Of a DNA stretch of 64,000 nt, positions 49,070 to 61,899 are shown piece by piece (position 1 is the stretch's first letter; every line of letters starts with the position of its first letter). Both the position numbers and the translations under genes were made by a program. Under the pieces are notes generated by a model that was given only the letters and a program-made list of their open reading frames with translations, ran no database searches and was not told the DNA's origin. This stretch comes from Mobula hypostoma (lineage: Eukaryota): positions 54,934,001 to 54,998,000 of the forward strand of contig NC_086097.1 of assembly GCF_963921235.1 (NCBI RefSeq), read 5' to 3'.

Positions 49070-51200
49070 AATGCTGAGGAATGAAACTCTCTCTACACCA
49101 TCTTGTTAGCAGAAGTAAAGTTGCTGGAGAACAAAATTGAGGACCTATGGGCTGGAAATGTGGAATTGCTGTATTTTGTGTTTCACAGAAACATGGCTCA
49201 TTCCAGATACGTCGGTAAAACCCAAGGGCTACTTGTTATACAGGATGGACCAGACTACAGATTCTGAAAAGGCAGAAGGTGGGGGTTTGTGATTCATGAT
49301 AAACTCTTGGTGATGCTCGGATACAGCAATCTTGTTGCTCTCTTGTTCCCCTGATCGGGAACATCTGATGATGTTCTACTTCTACTTACCAAGAGAGTTT
49401 TCTTCCATGATTCTGACCGCAGTTTAAATCCCGCCAAAAGCGGATGTTTAACAAACAATCAATATTTTGAATGCAGTGATTTGCAAACAAGAAGCGGCCT
49501 ACTTCTACGCTTTTCAAATCATAGTTGGGGACTTCAATCAGTCTTGTGTGAAGAAATCTCTGCTTGATTATTATTAACATATCATCTGCAGCACCAGGAG
49601 TCCCAACACATTCTACCACTGTTGTACTACAATTAGGAATGCCTACTGTTCTATGCTTGGATGGCATTTTGGGAAATCTGATCAATTAGCTGTCATCTAA
49701 AGACCTGTGCTTATCAACTGGCTAGAGTGTTCACCAATATCTTTAATCTCTTGCTTCGGTTGTCTGAGGTACCCACCTGCTTCAAGGGGGCTTTAATTAT
49801 ACTGGTGCTAAAGAAGTACGTGGTAACCAGCCTCAATGACTATCGTCCAATAGCATTTGTATCCACATTAATGAAGTGGTTTGAAAGGTTGGTAATGAAA
49901 CGTACCAGCTCCTGCCTGGAAACTACTTAGATACACTCCAATTTGCCTACCATCACAACTGGTCCACAGCAGGTGTCATTTTATTGGTTCTTCACTGAAT
50001 CTTGGAAGATCTGGATTGTGAAGATGTTGTCATCATCAGTGTGCTCTTTATTGTCTACAGCTTGGCATTCAATTTTATCACCCCCCCTCAAAACTAATCA
50101 ATAAACTTCAAGTCCTAGGCATCAATACCTCCTTGTGCAACTGGATCCTCGATTTCCTCACTTGCAGACCCCAGTCAGTTCGAATTGGCAACAACCTCTC
50201 CACAATCTTCGTCGGCACAGGTGAACCATAAGTCTGTGTGCTTAGCCCCCTGGTCTACTCACTTTATACTTATGACTGTGAGGCTAAGTACAGCTCCAGT
50301 ACCATATTTAATTTTGCCCGGGTCTCCTCTGCAGGTGGCTGAATCAAGGGTGGTGATGAATCAGCATATAAGAGAACGATTGAAAATCTTGCTGTATGGT
50401 ACATCAACCTCTCACTTGATGTCAGCAAAGACTAGGAGATGATTGTTGACTTCAGGAGGAAGAAACCAGAGGTCTATGAACCAGTCTTCATCAGGGATCA
50501 GAGATGGGAGGGCCAGCAACTTAAAATTCCTTGGTGTTATCATTTCGGATTACTTATGGGCCCAGCATGTATGTGCCAAAGAAAGTACGGCAGCGCATCT
50601 ACTTTCTTAAAAGTTTGAGAAGATTCGGCATGACATCTAGAACTTTAACTAACTTCTATAGATGTGTGCTGGAGAGTATATTGACTGGTTGCATCACGGC
50701 CTGGTATGGAAACACCAATACCCTTGTAAGGTATATCCTATAAAAGTAGCAGATACTGCCCAGTCAATCCTGGGCAAAGCCTCCTCACAATTGAGCACAT
50801 CTACATGGAGTGCTATCACAGGAAGGTCGTATCCATCATTAAGGACACCCACCATCCAGGCCATGTGCTCTTCCCATTGCTGCCATTGGAATGAAGGTAT
50901 AGGAGTTTTGGGACCTACTTCGGCAGGTCAGGAACAGTTATTACCCCTCAACAATCAGGCTTTTGAACCAGAGTGGATAACTTCACTCACCTATCACTAA
51001 ACTGGACTCACTTTCAAGGATTCTTCCTCTCATGTTCTCGATGTTTATTTTTCTCTTTTGTATTTGTACAGTTTGCATGTAGGTTTGTCCGTCCTGTTGG
51101 GTGTGGTCTTTCATTAGTTCTATTGTGTTTTTTGTCTACTGTGATTGCCCACAAGAATATGATTCCCAGTGTTGTATATGGTGACATACATGTATTTTGT
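49070..51200 (+). mobile_element. Decayed, internally deleted Rex1/Babar-like LINE
   Basis: EN remnants (CFTETWL) and RT remnants (VPTCFK, LNDYRPIA, MKWFERLV, LTNFYRCVLESILTGCITAWYG). Confidence 0.85.
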
Positions 51201-52904
51201 ATTAATCAGTGCTGCCTGGTCTCAGTATTTTTAATTTTATATTTATTACAGATTGCTTATATTTGATATTTTGCTAAAAATGTCTATGGGGATTTCTGCT
51301 AATATCTACTGACTTTGAACATGTTGCTCCGTAATAAATAGTGGTGTTGTGACATATTTAAAATTGGATGACTGGAACTGAGGGGATTATTTTGAACCTC
51401 AAGAAACAACTGACACTGTAATGTTCAACCTGAAAGATACAGTATAGAGCATGTACTATATACTTCCAGGAAGTGGTGATCCCACATTGAGTGTATGTAG
51501 ACAAAGAGGAAACCTTCCATGACTAATGAGTTCCAGCCCTGAAGTATGAAGAACAAGACAGGTAGTGCTGGAATTCCCTGACTGAGTCTTGCCCTTTTAA
51601 TAGGTTTTCATACTTGAAGGTTGGAAAAGGGAATAATGCTGTTCTTGGCACTGAGCATACTTGTCTGGGGTTTGAGTCTGTGTGAAGAGAGATAGAACTT
51701 GGAAGGAGATAAAAGAAGCTTGTTAATCTGCAGAGAGCTTGGGAAGCCCAGCATGCTAAGTATTTCGAGCATTTTGTTTTACTTTAGATTGCCAAAGGAC
51801 TTGAGAGCAACATCAGGCGTTGTTAAACAGATGAGATACTAGCTAAGTAAAGCTACTTGTGTACTAAATGACAAACAACAAGTAGTATGCAGAGTTAGTA
51901 GTTGTTACAACCAACTTTTCATATGAAAGCTTTGCATTTCTACCACATTTGGTCATGAAGTGCGTTGGACAGTTAAACATCTTGAAAGATGGTCCAAAAA
52001 ACACCTCTACACATCACAGTGGAAGGATAGAGCTCATGAATGCCAAAAAAAAGGACATTTGTAACCTTTTTTCACGAAGTGCAGATCTGTGGATCTATCT
52101 GGTCTTATTCCTGAGGTCCCCACCATTAGAGAAAACGGTCTTCAGCCACTCTACATGAAATCAAGAAAGCACTGCTTACAGCAAAGGCTGTCATTATAGA
52201 CAATATCCCAGTCGTGGACCTGTGACTCAAAACTAGTTATGCCTCTAGCAAAATTGTTCAAGTACAGTTACAAAAGTTGACAAAAAAAATAGAAGTAAAT
52301 GAAGTTGGCTTGATTACTTTCTCATCAGCCTACTGTCGATCATCAGTAAAGTGATAGGATGTGTTGTCGTGTGATGTTTATCTACATACACACTGATAGT
52401 CAGTATGGTTTCCAGTAGGATCATCCCAAACTTTATTAGAATCTTCATCCAAACAAGGCAAGGTGAAAGTGATATCGAGGCAACTTTTAACCAGTTCTGG
52501 TAAAACCAAGGTCAGTGGATTTCAAAGGGAAAAGTTCCAGCAGCAGGAGTTGTACTTTACATAAAAGAAGATGGTTGTTGTTTGTGATCAATAATCTCAG
52601 CCCCAGGATCTGATTGAAGGCATTTCCAGGCAGTGACCACTGCTCAATGGTCTTTATTAAATTGGTTTATTATTGTCATATGTACTTTGGGGAAAAATGT
52701 TTTTCATGGCATCTGTAAAGATCATTTTATTACTATAGTCCATTAAGATCATACAAGGTAAAACAAATGCAAAATAAATCGTTATAGTTAGAGAAAATGC
52801 CCTGCAGGCAGACAATATGGTGCAAGGCTGTAACAAGGTAGATTATGAAATCAAGAGTCCAGTTTATTGTATAAGGGAACCATTCATATAAGCTTCCTTC
52901 TATC

Positions 52905-53880
52905 AAAACAACACACACAAAATGCTGGAGGAATTCAGTAAGCCAGGCAACATTGAGGAAGAGTACAGTTGACGTTTCGGGCTGAAATCCATCCGCAGGA
53001 CTGGAGGAAAAAAGCTGAAGAGAAGATTTAAAAGGTGGGAGGAGGGGAGAGAGAAACAGAAGGTGATAGGTGAAACCTGGAGGGGGAAGGATGAAGATAA
53101 GATCTGGGAAGTTGATTGGTACCAGAGACAGAAGGTCATAGAAGAAAGAAAAAGGGGGAGGAACATCAGAAGGAGGTGATGAGCAGGCAAGGAGATAAGG
53201 TGAGAGGGAAAAGGAGATGGAGATCCCACTTTTTCTGGAGGACGGAGCGTAGGTGCTCAGAGAAGCAGCCTCCCAATCTATGTCAGGTCTCACTGATTGT
53301 ACAGGAGGATAATTATCTCCCAGTGGCCACTCATTTTAATTCTGCTTTCCATTCCCATTCTAATATGTCCATCCATGGCCTCCTCCACTGTCGTGATGAG
53401 GCCATACTGAGGTTGGAGGAACAACACCTTGTATTCTGTTTCGGTAGTCTCTAACCTGATGGCATGAACATCGATTTCTCAAACTTCTGGTAATGTACCC
53501 CCCCCCCCACCCATCTCTCCTTCACCATTTCCCACCCCCTTTTCCCTCTCTTACCTTCTCTCCTTGCCCATCTATCACTTTCCTCGGTGCTCCTCCCCCC
53601 TTTCTTTCTTCCATGGTCTTCTGCCTCTTTCACCAATCAACTTCCCAACTCTTTACTTCATTCTTTCCCCTTCCAGGTTTCACCTATCACCTTGGGTTTC
53701 TCTCTCCCCTTCTCTCCCCCCACCTTTTACATCTACTCAGCTTTTTTCTCCAGTCCTACCGAAGGGTTTCAGCCCAAAACATCGACTATACTCTTTTCCT
53801 AGATGCTGCGTGGTCTGCTGAGTTCCTCCAGCATTTTGTGTGTGTTGCTTGGATTTTCAGCATCTACAGATTTTGTCTTT
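52905..53880. mobile_element. Two Penelope 3' ends in inverted orientation with GIY-YIG remnants between them
   Basis: Minus-strand tail at about 52905-53225, an inverted GIY-YIG piece at 53228-53295, and a plus-strand GIY-YIG C-terminus (PVATHFNS...LEEQHLVF) plus tail at 53315-53880. Confidence 0.8.
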
Positions 53881-54289
53881 TTTTTTTATCATAAGATGAG
53901 ATGCACATGATTGTGCAATATTTAGTTCTCATCTCTATGGCAAATGAAAGTAGCTTCAAAGACCAAAACCCATCTGGATGAATGGAAGGCCAAAAAGAAA
54001 GGAGTTAATGGAGATACAAAAATAGGGGATTTATCAGCTGATGTTGTGGATGATCAAACTAAGAGATGATGTCAGATCGTAAAGGGAGCAAGAGGAGGAA
54101 TAAGAAGAGAATACTTCAGTGAACTAAATGCACCTTCCCAAGATCAAGATACACATTTGAGAAAGAAAAAGAGTGGGAACAAGAGGGAAAGAAGCTGGGA
54201 CTGGGAGAGAAGCAATGTTTGAAGTAGATGCAGAGAGAAAAGCTGAGAAAAGGAGAAGAAAGGTGTCTAGACCTGTCAGAAACACTTCC

Positions 54290-55056
54290 TGTACTCCCAG
54301 AGTCGAATCCTCCAACCACCATGGAGGAGGCCCCCAGAACCTGAGATTGTTTCACAGACGCAAGTCTCACCTGTGAAGCCCTTGAAAGCCTACTGCGATT
54401 AAATCTTCGGCCTGAAAGGGACAATTTAAAAGATTTCCTATGCTGTGGATGTTTGTATAGTAGTTGTGTAATATAGAGTATATTGTGTATATAGTTGAGA
54501 TGTATTCTATATTGAGTTTGAATTTATAGCGAACCGGGGAGGACTGTTGTGTACTTAATATTTCAGTAGTATTTGAGTGCCGTGAAGTACGGAAAGGGCA
54601 TCCCTTGCATTGAAGCTTGGTCTGGCCATTCACTGCAACAGAACTTCCCCCAGCCGTCTTGGACCCCACCATGCTGCTGGATCCGGGAGGGGATGTCGAG
54701 AGGGTGGGTCTGGACCTGTGCAACCCCCTACTCACCTAAAATCCACTCACGCACATGCTGTTCTTTTCTGAGGAGTGGGATACCACCCCACTAACTGACT
54801 GAAAGGAACCATCATCATCCTATGGGCTGGATAGCCAGAGAGTATTTGAGTAATATTGTAAATATTGTTTGGCTAAGCATTTTTGTTTAAGTAATTCACT
54901 GAGTTGTATGTAGAAATAAGTGAAATGTAAATGCCATGACACTACCATGTGATATGTGTACACCTTGTTTAAAGTTTGAGGAAAACACTAAGACTTTTAT
55001 TTCCAGCTCCTTTGTTTTCCCTACAATTAGTTACGTTTTGGAGTTCTAAAACATAA
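54290..55056 (+). mobile_element. Decayed Gypsy-like 3' end plus LTR (from about 54545), carrying a 262-bp insertion
   Basis: Purine-rich GGGGAGGA then TGTTGTGTAC. The insert 54579-54840 is flanked by the 11-bp direct repeat AGTATTTGAGT. Confidence 0.55.
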
Positions 55057-55103
55057 GTTAGCATATAGGTATGGAAGGCAACTTTTTACAGGAAAAATTG
55101 ACT

Positions 55104-55630
55104 AGACAATAGGTGCAGGAGTAGGCCATTCGAGTCAGCACCGCCATTCACTGTGATCACGGCTGATCATCCACAATCAGTATCCAGTTCCTGCCTTATC
55201 CCCATAACCTTTGATTCCGCTATCTTTAAGAGCTCTATCCATCTCTTTCTTGAAAGCATCCAGAGACTTGGCCTCCACAGCCTTCTGGGGCAGAGCATTC
55301 CATATATCTACCACTCTCTGGGTGAAAAAGTTTTTCCTCAACTCCGTTCTAAATGGCCTACCCCTAATTCTTAAACTGTGGCCTCTGGTTCTGGACTCAC
55401 CCATCAGCGGGAACATGCTTCCTGCCTCCAGCGTGTCCAATCCCTTAATAATCTTATATGTTTCAATAAGATCTCCTCTCAGCCTTCTAAATTCCAGAGT
55501 ATACAAGCCCAGTCGCTCCAATCTTTCGACATATGACAGTCCCACCATCCCGGGAATTAACCTTGTGAACCTACGCTGCACTCCCTCAATAGCAAGAAAG
55601 TACTTCCTCAAATTTGGAGACCAAAACTAC
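55104..55630 (-). mobile_element. CR1 3' fragment
   Basis: ORF 55177..55611 (AIEGVQRRFTRLIPGM...RRLRGDLIETYKI...FFTQRVVDIWNALP). Confidence 0.92.
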
Positions 55631-56611
55631 TGACTACTGATGTGTAAAAGACAAACTGTTCAAATAAAAATAATACTGAGAGCATTGAGTTGTAAAGAGT
55701 CCTTGAAAGTAATACTGTAGGTCATAGAATCAATTCTGAGTTATCCATGCAGGTTCAAGAACCTGATAGTTTTGGAGTAATAACAACTTGAACCTGGGAG
55801 TATGGAATTTAAGGCCTCCTGCCTGATGGTAACAGTAAAATGAGGGCATGTCCTGCATGGTAGTGGTTTTTTTGATGATGAATGCTCCTTTTCATTGTGC
55901 AGAACTCTATGTAAATATGCTCAATGCCGGGAAGGGCTTTGCCTGTTTTAGGCTGGGCTCTATCCACCACTTCCTGTAGGCTTTTCCGTTTTTGGGTATT
56001 AGTGTTTCCATACTAGGCCATGATGTTAGGATACTCTCCACTATAGGCATCTATAGAAGTTTGTCAAAAGTTTGATGACGTGCTAACTATGCAAGCTTCT
56101 AAGAAAGTAGAGGCACTGTTATGCTTTCTGATGACACTTGTGTTTGAAGTTTCATAACACTCCACCTCTGATCCCTTAATGAGGATGTTACCTCATTAAA
56201 GGAAGTGTGGTAGCATTGATAGAGCTGCTAAGTGGTCAGAAAAAGCAGCCTTTTGTGCTTCATCTGTACTGTTCTAGAGCAGCAAACAAGGTGCTGGAGG
56301 AGAACAAGTAGATTATGCACTACATTTACAAACTTTAAAATGATTTGGGGTTCAGATACTAAGCTTTTAAAATATTTGACAAAATAAATGGAACCCTATA
56401 TTTTGTATTGGGCATCTAAAGCATGGAAAGGCAGCTAAATCTATGCACATGATCAGGAGCAGTGAAGTACAGCCTGTTTAAGGAAGATTGTTCAGATGGA
56501 AAGAGTACTGAGCAAATTATAATAGTAGAAATATTTCATTTAGGCTCAGACTTAAGACTGGAGGTGATTTAACAGTTGTTCAAAATTGAAGTTTTGAGAT
56601 AATTTGATCAT

Positions 56612-57562
56612 TGCACACAAAATGCTGGAGGAGTTTGGCTGGTCAGCCAACATCAACAATCAACATTTCAGGCTGAAATCCCTCATCCAAACTGAAAGGA
56701 AATATAATTGGGCATGGAAAGGAGCAGGAGCTGGCAGGTGGAATTAATTCAGGTGAGAAGGGAAAGGCAGGAGGGTAGGGGGAGGGGTGAAGGGAATAAT
56801 GTGAGAAACTGGGAGGGTATAGGTAGAGAAGATAAAGGGCTGAAGAACAAGGAATCTGATGAGAGTAGACATTTGAGTTTGGAATAAAGGAAGGAGATTC
56901 GAAACCAGAGGGAGGAAAGTAATGGGCAAGTGATTAGGGTCGGGTAAAGGAAAAGGAAGGGGTACAGGGTCACGGGGTAATAGGGGGAATAGAGATAGTG
57001 GTTGCTGGAAGTTAGAAGACTCAATGTTCATAATGTCAGGTGGAAGTTGAAGATGGAATATGAGATGTTCCTCTTCTAGTCAGCATTGCGCTTCATTATG
57101 ACCACTGGAGGTGGCTATGTTGGTGTAGGAAATACAAAGTGGGATTTAAATAGCTGGCAACCGGGAGATCCTGGCTGTTGTGGGAGGCAAAGTGAAGGCA
57201 GTTGATGAATTGATTTTTTTTCTTCTTTTTCCCTGCCCCATTTGCATTGGGTCACACTGATTGTAGGGGCTGCTGCACTGTTTGTTTGGGATACAATAAA
57301 TTACATTGATGGATTCGCATTTGAACTGCTGCCTCACCTGGAATGACTGGGGTCCTGAATAGTAGTGAAGGAGGCAGTGCAGGGATAGGTGCAGCACCTG
57401 GGCTGGTTGCAGGGATAAGAATCTGCAGGGTGATCATTAGGGAAAGATGAGTGGACAAGGGAGTCACAGAGTGATCCCTCTGGAAAGTAGGGAGAAGATG
57501 ATGTCCTTCGTGATGGGGTCCCATTGGAGATGGTGGAATTTATGGAGGATGATGTGTTGGAT
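56612..57562 (-). mobile_element. Old Penelope-like fragment
   Basis: Degenerate QSFQVRQQFKCESINVIYC GIY-YIG start and a Penelope tail with a decayed hammerhead motif near 56665-56692. Confidence 0.75.
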
Positions 57563-58071
57563 AAGACATTATGAATGAGTTCAAGACAGCATGAACTTCA
57601 TGTTCTTCACAACTTATTACATAGGAAATCACACTCTGATACAGGATTAATGCATGTATTATGAAGTAAATTTGAACAACAAAAACATGAAATTCAAGCC
57701 TTATGAAGCCAATGCATAAATATTCTGGGTTTTAGGAGTCTAAGTAGTTACTCATTGTCAGATTGCTACTAAATTCTTCAGTGCTGATTTTGAAAATTAA
57801 CAAAGCGGAAGTGATGAAGTTGTATAGAAAATGTGGACCATAGGAAATGGTAACAGGGTTTAGTTCATTGATATTATGATCTGGAAGTTATGGTTTTCCT
57901 CTTGGTGCTTACTGCTGTCACTGTGCAACCGAACCAGCATCGGCACAAACATGGTTAAATGTTGAAGTGGAATTTGCTGTTCAAATGATCCTGTTTAGGG
58001 CGTGGCGTCAGAATCTTCAGTTAATGAAATGATGTGAACTATACCCTTGCGTGTATTTTTTAAAATATATT

Positions 58072-59125
58072 AGAAGTGGGATCTTTTCAGAATGGCAGGC
58101 AGTGACTAGTGGGGTACCGCAAGGCTCAGTGCTGGGACCCCAGTTGTTTACAATATATATTAATGACTTGGATGAGGGAATTAAATGCAGCATCTCCAAG
58201 TTTGCGGATGACACGAAGCTGGGCGGCAGTGTTAGCTGTGAGGAGGATGCTAAGAGGATGCAGGGTGACTTGGATAGGTTGGGTGAGTGGCAAATTCATG
58301 GCAGATGCAATTTAATGTGGATAAATGTGAAGTTATCCACTTTGGTGGCAAAAATAGGAAAACAGATTATTATCTGAATGGTGGCCGATTAGGAAAAGGG
58401 GAGGTGCAACGAGACCTGGGTGTCATTATACACCAGTCATTGAAAGTGGGCATGCAGGTACAGCAGGCGGTGAAAAAGGCGAATGGTATGCTAGCATTTA
58501 TAGCAAGAGGATTCGAGTACAGGAGCAGGGAGGTACGACTGCAGTTGTACAAGGCCTTGGTGGGACCACACCTGGAGTATTGTGTGCAGTTTTGGTCCCC
58601 TAATCTGAGGAAAGACAGAGGGAGTACAAAGAAGGTTCATCAGATTGATTCCTGGGATGGCAGGACTTTCATATGAAGAAAGACTGGATGAACTGGGCTT
58701 GTACTCGGAATTTAGAAGATTGAGGGGGGGATCTGATTGAAACGTATAAAATCCTAAAGGGATTGGACAGGCTAGATGCAGGAAGATTGTTCCCGATGTT
58801 GGGGAAGTCCAGAACGAGGGGTCACGGTTTGAGGATAAAGGCGAAGCCTTTTAGAACTGAGATTAGGAAAAACTTCACACAGAGAGTGGTGAATCTGTGG
58901 AATTCTCTGCCACAGGAAACAGTTGAGGCCAGTCATTGGCTATATTTAAGAGGGAGTTAGATATGGCCCTTGTGTCTAGGGGGATCAGAGGGTATGGAGG
59001 GAAGGCTGGTGCAGTGTTCTGAGTTGGATGATCAGCCATGATCATAATAAATGGCGGTGCAGGCTCGAAGGGCCGAATGGCCTACTCCTGCACCTATTTT
59101 CTAAGTTTTCTATGTTTTTCTATGT
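58072..59125 (+). mobile_element. CR1 RT/3' fragment
   Basis: WQAVTSGVPQGSVLGPQLFTIYINDLD, SKFADDTKLGG, and a TTTTCTATGT repeat tail. Confidence 0.93.
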
Positions 59126-59998
59126 GTACGGTGTAATTAAATTTTAGCTTTTATTCACTTTTTGGTGCCTAAGGAATTCTGGCAAGGCTAGCATTTAATG
59201 TCCATTCACAGTGCTCTATGAATTGCTGCAATCCTTATGGTGGAAGTATTCCCAGAGTGTTGCTTCGTAGGATATTCTAGGATTCTGACCTATGACTGAC
59301 CAAGAAGGGAAAATTATACTGTGTTTTCATATCAGAATGGTGTGCAACTTGGAGATGATGGCTTTCCCGTTTGCATGCTGCCTTTTCCTCTCGGCTTCGG
59401 AAGATCCAGTCAGAATAGATGAGTAACAGCCATGCATTTTGTTGAGTGCAGCCACTGTGTGAGAGTAGTGCAGGAAATGAATGTTTGAAGGAGAGCAGTC
59501 ATGGTGCACAGCTTTGCTAATCAATGCAGTTAACTTTTTAAAAAAGCATTTGATGAGATTTTCCAATTCAATAGAGCAGGGATTTTTTTTATTGACATAT
59601 CCATTAATCAGAATCATAAATTGTGAAAATCTGATATTGTCTCTGATTGTGGTTCTGGATTAGTTTTTTAATGGATAATATTCATATTTGATTACTGGAT
59701 CAAAGACAGGTGAGATATATAAATCAGCTATAATCTAATGAAATGGTGGAAAAGGCTTGATTTTTTTTGTGTGTGAAAACTGAATTTGTGAAAGCTATGA
59801 AAGTGATGCTTTATCTTGATGTTATCAAACATTAGTGTAGGTATATTTCCTGATTGTTTTGCTATTTTGAGAACCTATTATGTACACAATGGTGTAAGAT
59901 TAAGCAGTTGAGTTCTTTCTTCTTCATGTGTTTCAGAAATACCAATTGCCCAAGTTCTGTGGATTGTATAGGTTTTCCTTTTAAGGTTGTGCGTAGAA

Positions 59999-60762
59999 CA
60001 GTTGGCCCTCCTTATCTGCGGGTTCCACATGCACGGATTCAACCAACTGCGGATTGGGAAAACACGGAAGTTCTCTCTCCAGTACTCGTTTGAGCATGTA
60101 CAGACTTTTTTCTTCTTGTCATTATTTCCTAAACAGTACAGTATAACAACTACATCGTATTAAAAGTAATCTAGAGATGATTTAAAGTACAGGCAGTCTT
60201 TAAGTCAGATTTGTACGTAAGTCGGAACAGGTACATCTGGTATTATTTAGCATCAGTTAGTCATACTTTTGTCTTAGTATATATTTTACCTTATTTAGCA
60301 TCAGTTAGTCATACTTTTGTCTTGGGATATATTTTACCTTTCTATACATATAAAACACAAGAAACGTATGTATTTCAATAATTAAACCACTGCGTTGCTT
60401 GGTAATAATTGTAGCTTTCATCTGGGCAGGGCCTTTCGCGTGCTCCGTTATTCTCACTTTATCTTTTAAAATTGTTCCAATCATTGACCGACTGTAGCCT
60501 AATGCTTTTCCAATGACTGACGTTTCACCTCTTTCTGATCGCTTTATTATTTTCACTTTATTTTCAATCATGATCGTTTTCCGTCAACGGAACAGAAACA
60601 CTGCGGATTCATCAGCAGCCATGGGCGGCAGGTCCTGAACTCCACTGGGTCCTATAGCCCACTGCACTGAGACATGTTAAATCAAGGACTTGAGCATCCG
60701 CTTTTTTTGGTATTTGCGGGGGGCCCCGGAACCAATCCCCTACGGATAAGGAGGGCCGACTG
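59999..60762 (-). mobile_element. Non-autonomous Tigger/pogo element with CENP-B-type HTH remnant
   Basis: TIRs CAGTTGGCCCTCCTTATCTG and CGGATAAGGAGGGCCGACTG|TA. ORF 60305..60571 encodes KVKIIKRSERGE...IGKALGYSRSMIGTILKDK. Confidence 0.88.
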
Positions 60763-61899
60763 TATAGAAATATCTGTAAGATGGAGAGGATCAATCAATA
60801 TCATCTCAGAAATGCAATTAGTGTAGTTTTCCCAATTGAAATCTAATGAAGGGAATGAAATTGCTCAGAAATATGGGTAGAAAGTCTTGCAGAAATACTG
60901 CAAAACATCACCAACATTCTCTGGTTCTCATGTAGCAAATGCACAATAGGGTTCATTTTAATTGCAAGATTCCATTCCTTCCATATTATGGCTCTGTTAT
61001 ACCTGATCTTATCAACTTCAGCTCCTCAAAATCCTTACCAGATATTACAGTGAGGATAGACAGTAGACACTAGATACTGGTTTCTTCTCCACAAATGCTG
61101 CCTGACTTGCAAAGTTCCTCCTGCATCTTGTATCTGTTGCTCTTGATTTCCAGCATCTGCAGACTATCTTGTGTTTAGATTCCACAACTGCTTTAGACAT
61201 AGAAACATAGAAAACCTACAGCACAATGCAGGCCCTTCGGCCCACAATGCTGTGCTGAACATGTCCCTACCTTAGAAAGTACCTAGGGTTACCCATAGCC
61301 CTCTATTTTTCTAAGTGCATGCTTTGTCTATCCCCCTTCCCTCTCCACCTCAACATTGCTATTTCATGATCAGTGAACAATATTTCAGCTGTCATGGACC
61401 TACATTTCCCTAAAGCCTTGCGTCCTGTACTTTTGGAAAATATATTCAAAACATGTGCTTTGGCTTCCCTGCTAACTCACATCCTCCAGGATGGAAGATA
61501 ACAGAGGTTTCTTATCTGTCAGTTCCAGTCATCTCAAGTCACGTGCTCTCTTTTGTTTTCCTTTGCATTGTGCACTTATTTTTGATTAACCAATGTAATC
61601 ATTATTGACTTAGATAAAATTAAGATGTATCACGGAAATTGATCAGCAAATATTTCAAAGCTTGATTCAGTCCGGATTTTGATTTCATAGGTAGTAAACC
61701 TTTGACACTTGGTGAAGATCAAGTATGCATACATGATGATAGATTTGAATAATGATTGGCTTTGTGAGACAGCTCCATCGTGTCCCCTCATGTCACCCAC
61801 TTTTCAACTGGCTTTGTTGAGTTCTAGTCAGGAAAATACATTTGGGCAGATTTCAGTCTCCTCTTTCCCTGTTTGAAGTCGTATCCCATTTGAAGTACT

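Noticed and set aside
57781..58060. Possible coding exons after AG acceptors at about 57781 and 57999
   Set aside because: The phase-compatible frames hit stop codons quickly.
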